Part shown: in pieces, positions 19,199 to 28,176 of the stretch
How positions within the stretch are numbered: position 1 is the stretch's first letter
How the letters are laid out: each line of letters begins with the position of its first letter
From: Acaryochloridaceae cyanobacterium VAR_48_metabat_390
GTDB taxonomy: Bacteria; Cyanobacteriota; Cyanobacteriia; Thermosynechococcales; Thermosynechococcaceae
Assembly (NCBI GenBank): GCA_031422435.1
Contig: JANPLU010000105.1
Coordinates: 1-31,991 of the forward strand
Direction: 5' to 3'
Length of the DNA: 31,991 bases
Made by a program: the position numbers and the translations under genes
The notes under the pieces: generated by a model
What the model was told of the DNA's origin: nothing
Seen by the model: only the letters and a program-made list of their open reading frames with translations
Databases searched by the model: none

Positions 19199-20095
19199 AT
19201 GGCAAACAGTCAATGGTGGGAGCTATGGGTATTAGCGGAACCAGCCTTAGATGAGCTGCTGTCTTGGGAGATTCAGTCGATGGGCTGTCAGGGCACTTCT
19301 AGCCAAATCAAGGACGGTCAGCTCCGTATTTGCGGGTATTTTGCTCAAAGTCAGGTTTCTGAGACGACACTGACTCAAATGGCAGATCGGCTCCGACTTT
19401 TGGCTCCGACGGCAAATTTAGGCAGTATTGAAGTGGGCTGGAATGTCATTCAAGAAGAGGACTGGGCCAGTAGCTGGAAAGATTATTGGCACCCCACGGA
19501 AGTGGGCGATCGCCTTCTCATCCACCCTGACTGGCTCCCTGTACCTATAACCGACCGAATTGTATTGCGACTGAACCCTGGAGTTGCCTTTGGCACAGGT
19601 GCCCACGCTACTACTCAGCTCTGTTTAGTGGCTCTAGAACAGCAGTTTGCAAAATCTACGGCATCCCCCTGTGTTGTTGCCGATATTGGCTGCGGCACCG
19701 GAATTTTGGCGATCGCCGCGCTTCAGTTTGGTGCAGGCCGCGCATTTGCCGTCGATACCGACCCCCTCGCGGTGCAGGCTGCCCAGGAGTGTCGAGATCT
19801 CAACGCCATAGAGCCGAGCCGTATGGTTGTAGAAGAAGGCAGCATTGAAACGGCGATCGCCTTGGCAAAAACGCCCGTAGATGGGTTCTGCTGCAATATT
19901 TTGGCTCATATTATTATTGAGCTGGTACCCCAGATGAAGCAGTTGGCGAAGCCGAAGGGCTGGGGCATTCTTAGCGGCATTTTACAAAAGCAGGTGCCGG
20001 ACGTGGTTGAAGCGTTGACGGCAAATGGTTGGAACGTAGAGGAACACTGGCAACAGGCCGACTGGGCTTGTTTAAAAATTATCTGTCCTGATTAG
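19199..20095 (+). CDS. prmA: Ribosomal protein L11 methyltransferase
   Basis: EDWASSWKDYWHP, PGVAFGTGAHATT, DIGCGTGILAI, NILA and LSGIL motifs. Confidence 0.96.
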   Translation: MANSQWWELWVLAEPALDELLSWEIQSMGCQGTSSQIKDGQLRICGYFAQSQVSETTLTQMADRLRLLAPTANLGSIEVGWNVIQEEDWASSWKDYWHPTEVGDRLLIHPDWLPVPITDRIVLRLNPGVAFGTGAHATTQLCLVALEQQFAKSTASPCVVADIGCGTGILAIAALQFGAGRAFAVDTDPLAVQAAQECRDLNAIEPSRMVVEEGSIETAIALAKTPVDGFCCNILAHIIIELVPQMKQLAKPKGWGILSGILQKQVPDVVEALTANGWNVEEHWQQADWACLKIICPD

Positions 20096-20109
20096 CTTTG
20101 ATTAATCTA

Positions 20110-20139
20110 GGGTAGCGACCTCGGGTCAGATCGCCACCT
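20110..20139. terminator. Hairpin between prmA and the riboswitch; possible terminator for either direction
   Basis: Minus strand GGTGGCGATCT-GACCCG-AGGTCGCTACC pairs fully using G-U pairs, so it is more stable on the minus-strand RNA; weak U tract. Confidence 0.5.
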
Positions 20140-20153
20140 ACATCAATAAGGAA

Positions 20154-20255
20154 AGTCCCTTCGGCACTAGCAGCATCCATACCCACAATGCTTTTTGGCT
20201 TTAGGCCTGCTAATTTGCGCCTTGTCCTTTCGGACAAGTAGCCGTTTCGGGGACT
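20154..20255 (-). ncRNA. c-di-GMP-I (GEMM) riboswitch aptamer
   Basis: Minus strand: P1 AGTCCC/GGGACT; GGC; P2 CTTGTCC-GAAA-GGACAAG; junction GCGCAAA; P3 TTAGCAG/CTGCTAG with tetraloop receptor CCTAAA...TATGG; 3' TGCCGAA. By-eye alignment to Vc2 gives G20/A47/C92. Confidence 0.85.
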
Positions 20256-20976
20256 ACGTGGGCTGTGCGGGGGGTATGACAGCCCAATCAATGTATTCAT
20301 ATAAACATATTTGTGAAGGGGGGCTAAAGCGAGAATTTACGGAACTTGAATTAAATTAATTTGTTTCGCCTCAGTAGTCTCACATCTGTAAATATACGGA
20401 TATTTCGGACAAAACCTCTAAGCGTTCAACGCTAGTGCACAAGACAGGAGGTAAAAGAGCCACCCTATGAAGGTTTCAATGATGTCAGGCTTCCATGATA
20501 TCGAATCAGGATTTCATGACACACTCAGCATTATCTACTCACTGTCTGAGAGTTCATCTCCCCGCAAGCCTCGAATGCCCCAATTGATTTTGGGTGTTTC
20601 AATGAGCGTAGTCTCTAAATCTAGAGGGAAATTTTAAGTTCTAGCTCAAATCGCTCAAACAGCAACCGAATGAGCTGCCGTTTGGTTGTGGCGGTGCGGC
20701 CTTCAAATATCAAAATTTCTAAGATGGTGTAGTTTTCAGTGCGATCGCCAGGATAGATAAATGTCTCTGGTTCTATAGAGAGTCGTATCGGTGTCTTATC
20801 ACAGATTTTGGGGTTGATGTTTTCCTCTACGAAGATTCCATAGCATCACAGGATTATCCTGACTTCAGCCATTGAGCCGCTGAGCGCGCACTGTTTCCTC
20901 GGCTGCTAGATAGGTTAAGACCCGCTACAATTAGGGATATAGCAAAATGTAAAGAAACATTGCGTCTTGCGGCTTT

Positions 20977-22463
20977 ATGAATCCCCTCTCTTCCAATTCA
21001 ATGTTACGAGCTGTTCCCTTAAAGAGTCAGATGGCGGCGAATGCGCAGCATCCAGCATCTGCTCTTCAGGTTGATAACACTCTTCTAGAAGCACTGACCG
21101 CAGGTGGCTCTGACCCCCAGCGGTTTGATTGGGCTGAGGCATGGTACCCCATTTACCTGGTTGAAGATTTAGACCCCAGCAAGCCGACGCCTTTCACGCT
21201 TTTGGATCAGGATTTAGTGATTTGGTGGGAGCCTACGCTCCAACATTGGCGAGTCGTAGAAGACAAATGCCCTCATCGGCTGGCGCGGCTGTCTGAAGGT
21301 CGTATTTCTGAATCAGGTCATTTGGAATGTCCCTATCATGGCTGGGCATTTTCTGGTAGTGGACAGTGTGAAAGGATTCCGCAGTTGCCGGAGAACTCCC
21401 AAGCGCTACAGTCGCCGAGAGCCTGTATCCAATCCTTGCCCACAGCTATCCACCAAGGGCTACTTTTTGTCTATCCTGGCAAGTCTGAGAATGCTCACAA
21501 AACCGCAGTTCCTATCATTGAGCCAATAGAAGCAGATCCTGAGAAGTGGGTCTGCCTCAACATTGTCCGCGATCTTCCCTACGATGCCCTCACGCTGCTT
21601 GAGAACGTATTAGATGCCAGCCATGTGCCCTACACCCACCATCGCACCGTGGGCAACCGTGCCAATGCTGCCCCCGTATCGCTAGAGATGCTTGAGGCCA
21701 GTAAACAAGGATTCACAGGCAAATGGGAGGAAGGGCCACGACGGGGAACCCTTGGTCAGCAAGACACGCGGTTTATTGCGCCAAATTTGATGTGGCATGA
21801 TTTAACCTCCAAACAATTTGGCAGGACGCTGACGGTTGTTATGCGGTTCCCATTCGCAAGGGCGAGTGTCGATTAATTGCACGGTTTCCGTTTAAGTTTT
21901 CATCGCCGTGGCCAGGTTTGTTTATTCGGCTTACGCCCACTTGGTATTCTCACATTGGGCAAAATGCCATCCTAGAAGACGACCAGATTTTTCTGCACCA
22001 TCAAGAACGCGCTTTGGCGGCAGCAGGGGGTAGTCAGCGCCTTTCTAAAGCGTTCTACTTACCCACCACCGCAGACTTATTTGTATCTAAGCTCCATCAG
22101 TGGCTAAAAGACTATCAGGCCGATCCGTTTGCTGGGCAGTCTCTTCCTGCGGCAGTGCGGACAAAGGCTGAGCTACTGGATCGCTATCATTCCCATACAG
22201 TTCACTGCGCAAGCTGTAGTGGGGCACTCGCCAATCTAAAGCGAGTGCGGTTAAGCGTGGCGGTAATGGGGGCGATCGCCTGGGTCACAACGCCTCTTCT
22301 AATGGCATTAGGGCAAACGGTACCTTTAGGATTCACCGCAGGGATGGGGCTATTTGCATTAGTTAGCCTTGGTGGTTGGGCATTATTGAAGCGCCTTGAG
22401 CGACGGTTTTATGAAGGTCGTGAAATCCCGCCTCGCAATCTTCCTGAAAAACTTAAAAAGTAA
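20977..22463 (+). pseudogene. Rieske 2Fe-2S oxygenase, pheophorbide a oxygenase (PaO)-like, split by a 1-nt frameshift at ~21840
   Basis: CPHR...CPYHGW Rieske motif, ENVLDASHVPYTHH iron site, EDD, HTVHCASC and C-terminal TM pair. Adding one T at GTTGTT^ATGCG restores LTVVYAVPIRKGECRLIARFPFKF and joins the two ORFs. Confidence 0.85.
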
Positions 22464-22668
22464 GCAAACAAACCAATCAAGGCGCGGCTGTTCTCGTTAG
22501 CTCTTTCAGCCCATCTTTGTGATATTTGCCCTCTTTAAGTTTCTATGTCTCAAGACATATTTACCCACAGCAACAAAGATAACTTAAGGTCTGGTTAGTT
22601 TTTTTTCAAGCCTTCACCCCTGACAGATCGCCCCAGCACTTTGTATATGGAGGTGAGACCGTCCTCAA

Positions 22669-23274
22669 TTATGCAGAAGCAGAGGGATCGCCTTGACCCA
22701 ATGTTGAAGGAGGCGTAGAAGGAGGAATTGAAGAAGGCTTCAGCGAGAGCATTAAACGTGAAACTCCGGTTGACACAATGCTGGCTCCAAGAAGCGTTCC
22801 AATCAGCCAAGGTGCGTCAGAGGGCCACTGAAACCAAACTAATCCGCCTAAACCTAAAGTAACAATTCCATCGGCTAAGACCCAGACCCAATTCTGTTGA
22901 GGACGGAGTCGGAATGCCAAGAATAGCTCAAAAACCCCTTCCGTTAACAAAAAGCTTCCTAAAAGGAGTGTCAGGGTTAGTATTCCTTGCAGAGGATAAA
23001 TAAATAAATATACGCCTGTAGCAATATACAGAACACTTAACAGCAGCTTCAAAACAAAACCGCCCTCTTGACGACTTTGAAATGCATAAATGAGCTTTGC
23101 AATGCCAGAAGAGGCCAATATTAGAGAGATCCAAGTTTCCGCCACAATTGTTGAAACTGAAGGCAGAAAAATGGCAACAATGCCAAAGATAATTAGAAAA
23201 ATGCTAGTCAACAAAGATGCGTTGAATTTTTTGGAGCCTATATCTGCGTTAGTAGAACTGGTATTTACCGTCAT
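22669..23274 (-). CDS. HdeD/DUF308-family membrane protein
   Basis: Six hydrophobic segments in two repeats; WPSDAPWLIGTLLG motif. Confidence 0.85.
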   Translation of the reverse strand: MTVNTSSTNADIGSKKFNASLLTSIFLIIFGIVAIFLPSVSTIVAETWISLILASSGIAKLIYAFQSRQEGGFVLKLLLSVLYIATGVYLFIYPLQGILTLTLLLGSFLLTEGVFELFLAFRLRPQQNWVWVLADGIVTLGLGGLVWFQWPSDAPWLIGTLLGASIVSTGVSRLMLSLKPSSIPPSTPPSTLGQGDPSASA

Positions 23275-23550
23275 TTTTTACCTTTACTCAATTGCTAGGC
23301 TGTCCTACTCAGACTAAGGAATTTCTCCGGTGCCTGGATAGCTACTTAAGACATAGCATTAGGTAAATCTTGGCATCAAAAGTTAAGGGTGTATGGCAGA
23401 AAAAAGGCTTGATTTTCTAACTTTAGCTTGATTCGTAACTCTATATCTGGGTAGAGAAATGCATCCTAAACCGTCCTCTACTTTATTATAATCCCTCGCT
23501 CAAACGCATGGATAAAGGTGCGGCGAGGATCAATGAAGCGATTTCTCTCT

Positions 23551-23835
23551 TCAAAGTGGAATACAGCAGGGAATGACAATACATCCTCCTTGGCTTTGCA
23601 GCCGTAGCGCTTGAGCGGCTATGGTACAACTTTGCAAACGCTTCACAGACATCTGAACTACTGAGCTAAGATTTTGCTTCAGTAATAAATGTTTTATATG
23701 TTCAGAACAGGATTGCCCTCCATACAAAATTCTATGAGGGCAAGAAAAACCTTTTCGAGGCGAAAGATGCAGCTGATAAAGTTGAATGGAGTGGATCGCC
23801 GTCTGCCGCGTGAATGTGTCTAATCCGCTGTTCAT
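23551..23835 (-). CDS. Membrane protein insertion efficiency factor YidD-like protein
   Basis: YQLHLSPRKGFSCPHR...SCSE motif; Cys-rich tail. Confidence 0.75.
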   Translation of the reverse strand: MNSGLDTFTRQTAIHSIQLYQLHLSPRKGFSCPHRILYGGQSCSEHIKHLLLKQNLSSVVQMSVKRLQSCTIAAQALRLQSQGGCIVIPCCIPL

Positions 23836-24058
23836 AATCTTAAAGCTTTGAATAATTGGGATTAAGGCATGTTTAGCAAGAAAAACAGCTTTTTCTCTCT
23901 ATCAGAGGAATGAAACTACGGTTGAAAATCCCTTAAGCCCTCACTGCCAACAAATCATCACCCCACGCTGTCGTCCACCGCTGCGATCGCCTCCTTCAGT
24001 CCCCGCCGCTCCGTCACAGGTCGTCTAAAAAAGCGAGACACAGTTTGCAGTAAGACGA

Positions 24059-24250
24059 TCAAGCAGCACTTTGAACTTCACTATGCTGAGACTGTGGCAA
24101 ATAAACCCATGCCTTTTCTGGAAAGATGCTTTTTGCCCCTTCAATCGTTAGTTGACCTTGAGTAATCAGCCTCCATGCATCATCGAGGGTCATCACCCCT
24201 ACAGAACACTCTGGATGAGACTCAAAACGTGGCAATTCGATAACAGACAT
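24059..24250 (-). CDS. Small hypothetical protein (63 aa)
   Basis: Good RBS (AGGAG) upstream of the ATG; co-oriented downstream of the VOC gene. Confidence 0.65.
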   Translation of the reverse strand: MSVIELPRFESHPECSVGVMTLDDAWRLITQGQLTIEGAKSIFPEKAWVYLPQSQHSEVQSAA

Positions 24251-24306
24251 AACTACTCCTAGTGAAGAATTTTCAGATAGACCTTTTTCGCTTAAAACTC
24301 ATCGTC

Positions 24307-24696
24307 TCAGTCACGTTTGAGATAGGAAATCACTGAGATCACAGCCCCTTGGGGATCTTGGACAACCGCAAACCTTCCTACGTCCGGTATGTCGTGAGGT
24401 GACACACAAATTTTGCCGCCCAATCGTTCAGCTTGTTTTATCGTTTCATCCACATCGTCTACCGTGACGTAGGTTCCCCAATGAGGAGGTGTTTGCGTGA
24501 GGTGTTCTGGCAACGTCATCAAACCGCCAATTTCGTGACCACCCGCTGAGATCACTGTGTAGTCAACCCCCTGGACAGGCCCATCTTTAAGTTCCCAGCC
24601 GAATAGTTGTCCGTAAAAGGCTTTGGCTCCTTCTGCGTCAGTGGTCATCAACTCAAACCAGCTAAATGCACCGTGCTGTTGAAAAGGATTCATCAT
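24307..24696 (-). CDS. VOC (glyoxalase/bleomycin-resistance) family protein
   Basis: FSWFELMTTD...FYGQLFGW, YVTVDDVD and GRFAVVQDPQGA motifs; AGGAG RBS. Confidence 0.9.
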   Translation of the reverse strand: MMNPFQQHGAFSWFELMTTDAEGAKAFYGQLFGWELKDGPVQGVDYTVISAGGHEIGGLMTLPEHLTQTPPHWGTYVTVDDVDETIKQAERLGGKICVSPHDIPDVGRFAVVQDPQGAVISVISYLKRD

Positions 24697-24761
24697 GACG
24701 ATTCTCCTAAAACTTGATTGAGAAAGAACAAGTTCCTTTGAAGCCTAGAATAGCCTCATTT

Positions 24762-24783
24762 TTGATTTATGTACAGCTTTCAA
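24762..24783. promoter_or_regulatory. Palindromic operator candidate, copy 1 (upstream of VOC gene)
   Basis: TTGA-TTTA-TGTACA-GCTT-TCAA. Confidence 0.6.
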
Positions 24784-24802
24784 AGATTAACTTTTGCCTA
24801 CA

Positions 24803-25363
24803 TCAAACGGGATGAATGACATTTGTGACCACGCCCCAAACCTGAAGATCCATGCCCTCATTCACGGCGATCACTGGATAGTCTGAGTTTTCTGGCATGA
24901 GATAGACTCGTTTTTGTTCATAGCGAATGCGCTTAACGGTCAATTCTCCATTGAGTACCGCAATCACGATTCTGTCCTGAGTGGGTTCGAGTGATCTGTC
25001 AACAACCAATACGTCTCCAGAATGAATTCCAGCGCCAATCATGGATTCCCCCGTTGCTCTTACCAGAAAAGTCGTGCCTGGATTTTTAACGAGATGCTGA
25101 TTGAGATCAATTTTGTCCTCAATGTAATCGTCGGCGACAGATGGCAAACCTGCTGAAACAGCCACCATGTATAGCGGTAAGGCCACTTCAGTCATAAGCA
25201 GTGGCTGATTTACTTCAGTCACGGATGGCTCCTGCGCTCGCTGCTGCATCTTTTCAATCTGTGCAATCAGACTTTCTGGCAATCGGATGGCGCGGGTCGC
25301 TTCACCAAACTTACCGCTTCCTTTGGGACGACCTGAACCTGAACGTTTTCCCCCACTTGGCAT
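24803..25363 (-). CDS. umuD: UmuD-like S24 peptidase with N-terminal basic (putative DNA-binding) extension
   Basis: A71-G72 autocleavage site (VSAGLPS), catalytic S107 (GESM) and K144 (TVKR), C-terminal WGVVT; N-terminus GGKRSGSGRPKG...TRAIRLPESL. Confidence 0.85.
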   Translation of the reverse strand: MPSGGKRSGSGRPKGSGKFGEATRAIRLPESLIAQIEKMQQRAQEPSVTEVNQPLLMTEVALPLYMVAVSAGLPSVADDYIEDKIDLNQHLVKNPGTTFLVRATGESMIGAGIHSGDVLVVDRSLEPTQDRIVIAVLNGELTVKRIRYEQKRVYLMPENSDYPVIAVNEGMDLQVWGVVTNVIHPV

Positions 25364-25373
25364 ACAGATTTAT

Positions 25374-25395
25374 TTGATATCAGTACATAAATCAA
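25374..25395. promoter_or_regulatory. Palindromic operator candidate, copy 2 (10 bp upstream of umuD-like ATG)
   Basis: Minus strand TTGA-TTTA-TGTACT-GATA-TCAA; first 13 nt identical to copy 1. Confidence 0.6.
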
Positions 25396-25479
25396 TGTAT
25401 GCGATAAGTCATGGAAAAGCTACAAAAAACCATTGTTGTGCTTAAACAACAGAATCGTCTATCTAGTCGCCTTCTGGGT

Positions 25480-25746
25480 TTAGGCAGTCCTAGTGAATCG
25501 CGGGTGCTTTGCGAGCAGCTCCTGACGATCAGCTGTTGTTAGATATCTTGCGCTATTTCGTATCAGCTGGTCATTGTAATAAGCACCACCAACGGATACG
25601 CAATTTTCGGTGACTTCAGCAAAGTTAGGGCAAGGGATCACGGCTGACCCAAGTGGGAAAATCCTGTATACGGGATACTCATCGCTTAAGCTGCCGCTAA
25701 AGAGCTAGCAGCATTTACACTCAGTCCAGCGTCGGATCTTAATCAT
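25480..25746 (-). pseudogene. Degraded DUF6464-like small Cys-rich gene
   Basis: Manual translation MIKIRRWTECKCC*LFSGSLSDEYPVYRIFPLGSAVIPCPNFAEVTENCVSVGGAYYNDQLIRNSARYLTTADRQELLAKHPRFTRTA* with in-frame TAG at 25707..25705; CPxF, YYN and ELL..HPxFT recall this cyanobacterial family. Confidence 0.45.
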
Positions 25747-25857
25747 GGCTCAGTGTTCAAATATCCCTATGGAGCGATTGGACTATGGCTTACATCCGAT
25801 AGATTAAGTTCAAACTCTCCTGGCTAAACCGTCCTTACCGCACTCCAGCGTCTTTAA

Positions 25858-26334
25858 ATGGAAAAATTTAACTACTCATTGGACTATAAATCGATCAACT
25901 TTCGTCAACAGCCCGAACTCTATCGTATCGGTCGAGGTGAGCAGGGAGTTTTGCTGGTGGAGCCTTATAAAAGTGAAATCCTCCCTTTCTGGAAATTTAA
26001 AACACCAGAGTTAGCAGCCCAATCCGCAGAGAAGATTTACCGTCTGTTTCTTGATTACAAACAGAACCAGGATTTTGTGGGCATGGACATGGCGCGTAAA
26101 TTTCTACAAATGGGATACACGCGCGCCCGTCGTTACGCCAACCATAAGTCAGGACGCAAGTATGCTCAAGAATCTAAAACCGTTTTGCCTCGCCAAGAAG
26201 ATCTTACTAAGGCAAAATCTGCAAGCATCTTCTACGAAAAATGGAAGTTGGCTAGAAACGATATAGAGTATCGTCAGTTCGCTGATATTCATAGAGAAAA
26301 GTACAAAATCGACACAGAAAAAGCAAGCTCTTAA
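25858..26334 (+). CDS. DUF4385-family protein
   Basis: YRIGRGEQGVLLVEPYKSEILPFWKFKTP and DFVGMDMARKFLQMGYTRARRYANHKSGRKY motifs. Confidence 0.85.
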   Translation: MEKFNYSLDYKSINFRQQPELYRIGRGEQGVLLVEPYKSEILPFWKFKTPELAAQSAEKIYRLFLDYKQNQDFVGMDMARKFLQMGYTRARRYANHKSGRKYAQESKTVLPRQEDLTKAKSASIFYEKWKLARNDIEYRQFADIHREKYKIDTEKASS

Positions 26335-26439
26335 GCAACCCACTGCTACAGTCGCGTGGGATTCAGCTTTATCAGTCAGATTGCCGCTACTGGACACCAT
26401 TACCTTGCGATCTTAAAAGTTCAGGTTTAGTGTGTCGGA

Positions 26440-26700
26440 TCATGGCTTGGGCAGTGGCTCAATACATTGAACATCATCTACTGTTGCAGAGTTGATTCTT
26501 GTGCTGACAGCGTTGGTCTGCATTTGTTCAGTATCAAATGGCTCCAGTAGCTCTGTAAGCTTTCGGGTACCGTGATTGGTTGTGTCTAGCCAGTAGTCGT
26601 ATCGCTTTTCAGAAAGGATGACTGGCATCCGGTCGTGGATAGGCTGCATCAGAGCGTTAGATGCTGTGGTTAGAATAGTGCAGGTTTCAATGGATGTACA
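26440..26700 (-). pseudogene. C-terminal remnant of SOS response-associated peptidase (SRAP/YedK family)
   Basis: TCTILTTASNALMQPIHDRMPVIL...WLD...VSTRINS; the catalytic N-terminal MCGR half is absent and upstream ORF sequence looks unrelated. Confidence 0.75.
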
Positions 26701-26961
26701 GGTGCTGTGCCCAATGAGCAGAGGTGACATCGGCACCCGCAACCTGAACTTGGTCTTACAAGCGCTTGTTAACCCGCCTGACTCCAATAAAAGCAAATTT
26801 GGGGGGCATATTGAGCGTGGGCGATCGCATGATTCAGCAAGTGAGTGACTATAACCGAGAGGTCTTTGATGGCGACTTAGGGGGTGTTGAATTCATTACC
26901 CTTAGGGTAGCGAGTATCCAGTCGTAATCATGCCAATCTTCATGCAGCACTTTATGATGCT

Positions 26962-27009
26962 TAGCCGAAAGGCGAGACTGAAATAAACGGGACAGTTCCC
27001 AGTAGGCTA
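26962..27009 (+). ncRNA. Candidate compact structured RNA / 5' leader
   Basis: TAGCC...GGCTA closing stem, alternative GCC-GAAA-GGC hairpin, ACTG/CAGT and GGGA-CAGT-TCCC; TATGAT -10-like box at 26953-26958. Confidence 0.35.
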
Positions 27010-27043
27010 GAAAAGCTGATTCTATACCGAAGGGCTTACTGCT

Positions 27044-27535
27044 ATGTCAAAAACAAACGCTTTTGCCCTGTTAGCTCCAGTGCCAGAAGAGCATTTGATT
27101 TCTGGATTGGAAGCGATCGCCGCTCAGTTAGACTCGGACGAGCTACCCGCGGGTCATTTACCCAAAGTTGCGTTTGGGAGTATGAGTTTTGAAGTGCTGG
27201 CAGAGGTTGAAAAATTGCGTGGGGGTAAGTCGGTTGAGGTTTTAATCTATGCCTCTCATACGAAGGGAGAACAGCCCCTGAATCCAGAAGTGACTTGGCG
27301 AGGGCTTTATGTGGGCTGTATTCAATCACGTCGAGGCCGCTACCCTGGGAAGTCTATTTTCCGCCCCACGTCCACGACAAGCGATCGCCCAACTTGGGCC
27401 GTGTTTTGGGAAGTGCAGGAGCTAGAGCGGCTCAAGACGTCAATTCCCATTGGAAAATTGACTGGGCGTAGTAAAAAGACCAATTATCAACCTCGGTTTG
27501 TGCCTGAAGGCCCTGTGCTTATTGAATATCCGTAG
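27044..27535 (+). CDS. Hypothetical protein (163 aa)
   Basis: Intact ORF with globular composition and two HIP1 sites; no family recognised. Confidence 0.75.
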   Translation: MSKTNAFALLAPVPEEHLISGLEAIAAQLDSDELPAGHLPKVAFGSMSFEVLAEVEKLRGGKSVEVLIYASHTKGEQPLNPEVTWRGLYVGCIQSRRGRYPGKSIFRPTSTTSDRPTWAVFWEVQELERLKTSIPIGKLTGRSKKTNYQPRFVPEGPVLIEYP

Positions 27536-27634
27536 TCATTACAATTTCTAGCCTCGATTGCGCTCCAAAAATTTAGCCTGACCGTCGAAGCATAAAGTTT
27601 GCCAAGATAGTGATAAAGCTGGGCATAGAAAACG

Positions 27635-28150
27635 ATGAGGATTTTTGAGCAATGGGGCTGGAGCTGGACAAACTGGCGTAAGGGAGAGCGTGGGGAATAT
27701 TGGTTCTTAGGACAGGTTGCTATCCTCATAATCTTTGCTCTGCTGCCCATTCACCCAATTTTAGAGAAAACGGTTTTAAGTTCAACAGCTCAAGCTGGGT
27801 TGCTTGTAATCGTTGGAATCCTTGAGATGGGAGCCTTCGCGTTGGTGAGTAAGGGGCTGTTTGATTTGGGTCGAAGCTTAACCCCGCTGCCCTATCCACG
27901 AGAAGATGGAGAGCTGGTGACGACGGGTGTTTATGGCATCGTGCGCCATGCCTTATATGGTGGGATTATCCTGGGGGCTATAGGCTGGGTGGTGTTCACA
28001 TTGAGCTGGCCTCATTTGCTGGGGTTGTTGTCTATTATTTTGTTGCTAGACCACAAAGCCACTTTAGAGGAGCAGTGGTTAGAGCAGAAATATCCTGACT
28101 ATGGTGTCTATCGAAGTCAGGTCAAGAAGCTCATCCCGTGGATTTGGTAG
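27635..28150 (+). CDS. Isoprenylcysteine carboxylmethyltransferase/PEMT-family membrane protein
   Basis: LVTTGVYGIVRHALYGG and EEQWLEQKYPDYGVY...LIPW motifs. Confidence 0.9.
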   Translation: MRIFEQWGWSWTNWRKGERGEYWFLGQVAILIIFALLPIHPILEKTVLSSTAQAGLLVIVGILEMGAFALVSKGLFDLGRSLTPLPYPREDGELVTTGVYGIVRHALYGGIILGAIGWVVFTLSWPHLLGLLSIILLLDHKATLEEQWLEQKYPDYGVYRSQVKKLIPWIW

Positions 28151-28176
28151 GGGTCCCGAATGATGGAGTGTTTCTG

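Noticed and set aside
20079..20300. 73-aa minus-strand ORF running through the riboswitch
   Set aside because: The sequence is explained by RNA structure; it has no RBS or recognisable motif and overlaps the prmA stop. Ribosome profiling would be needed to rescue it.
24724..24736. GAACAAGTTC as an SOS box
   Set aside because: Spacer is 2 nt rather than the 4 nt of GAAC-N4-GTTC boxes.
26900..26980. yybP-ykoY (Mn2+) riboswitch suggested by GGCGAGAC
   Set aside because: Lacks the GGGGAGTAGC-type 5' element and a matching P1; downstream gene is not a transporter.
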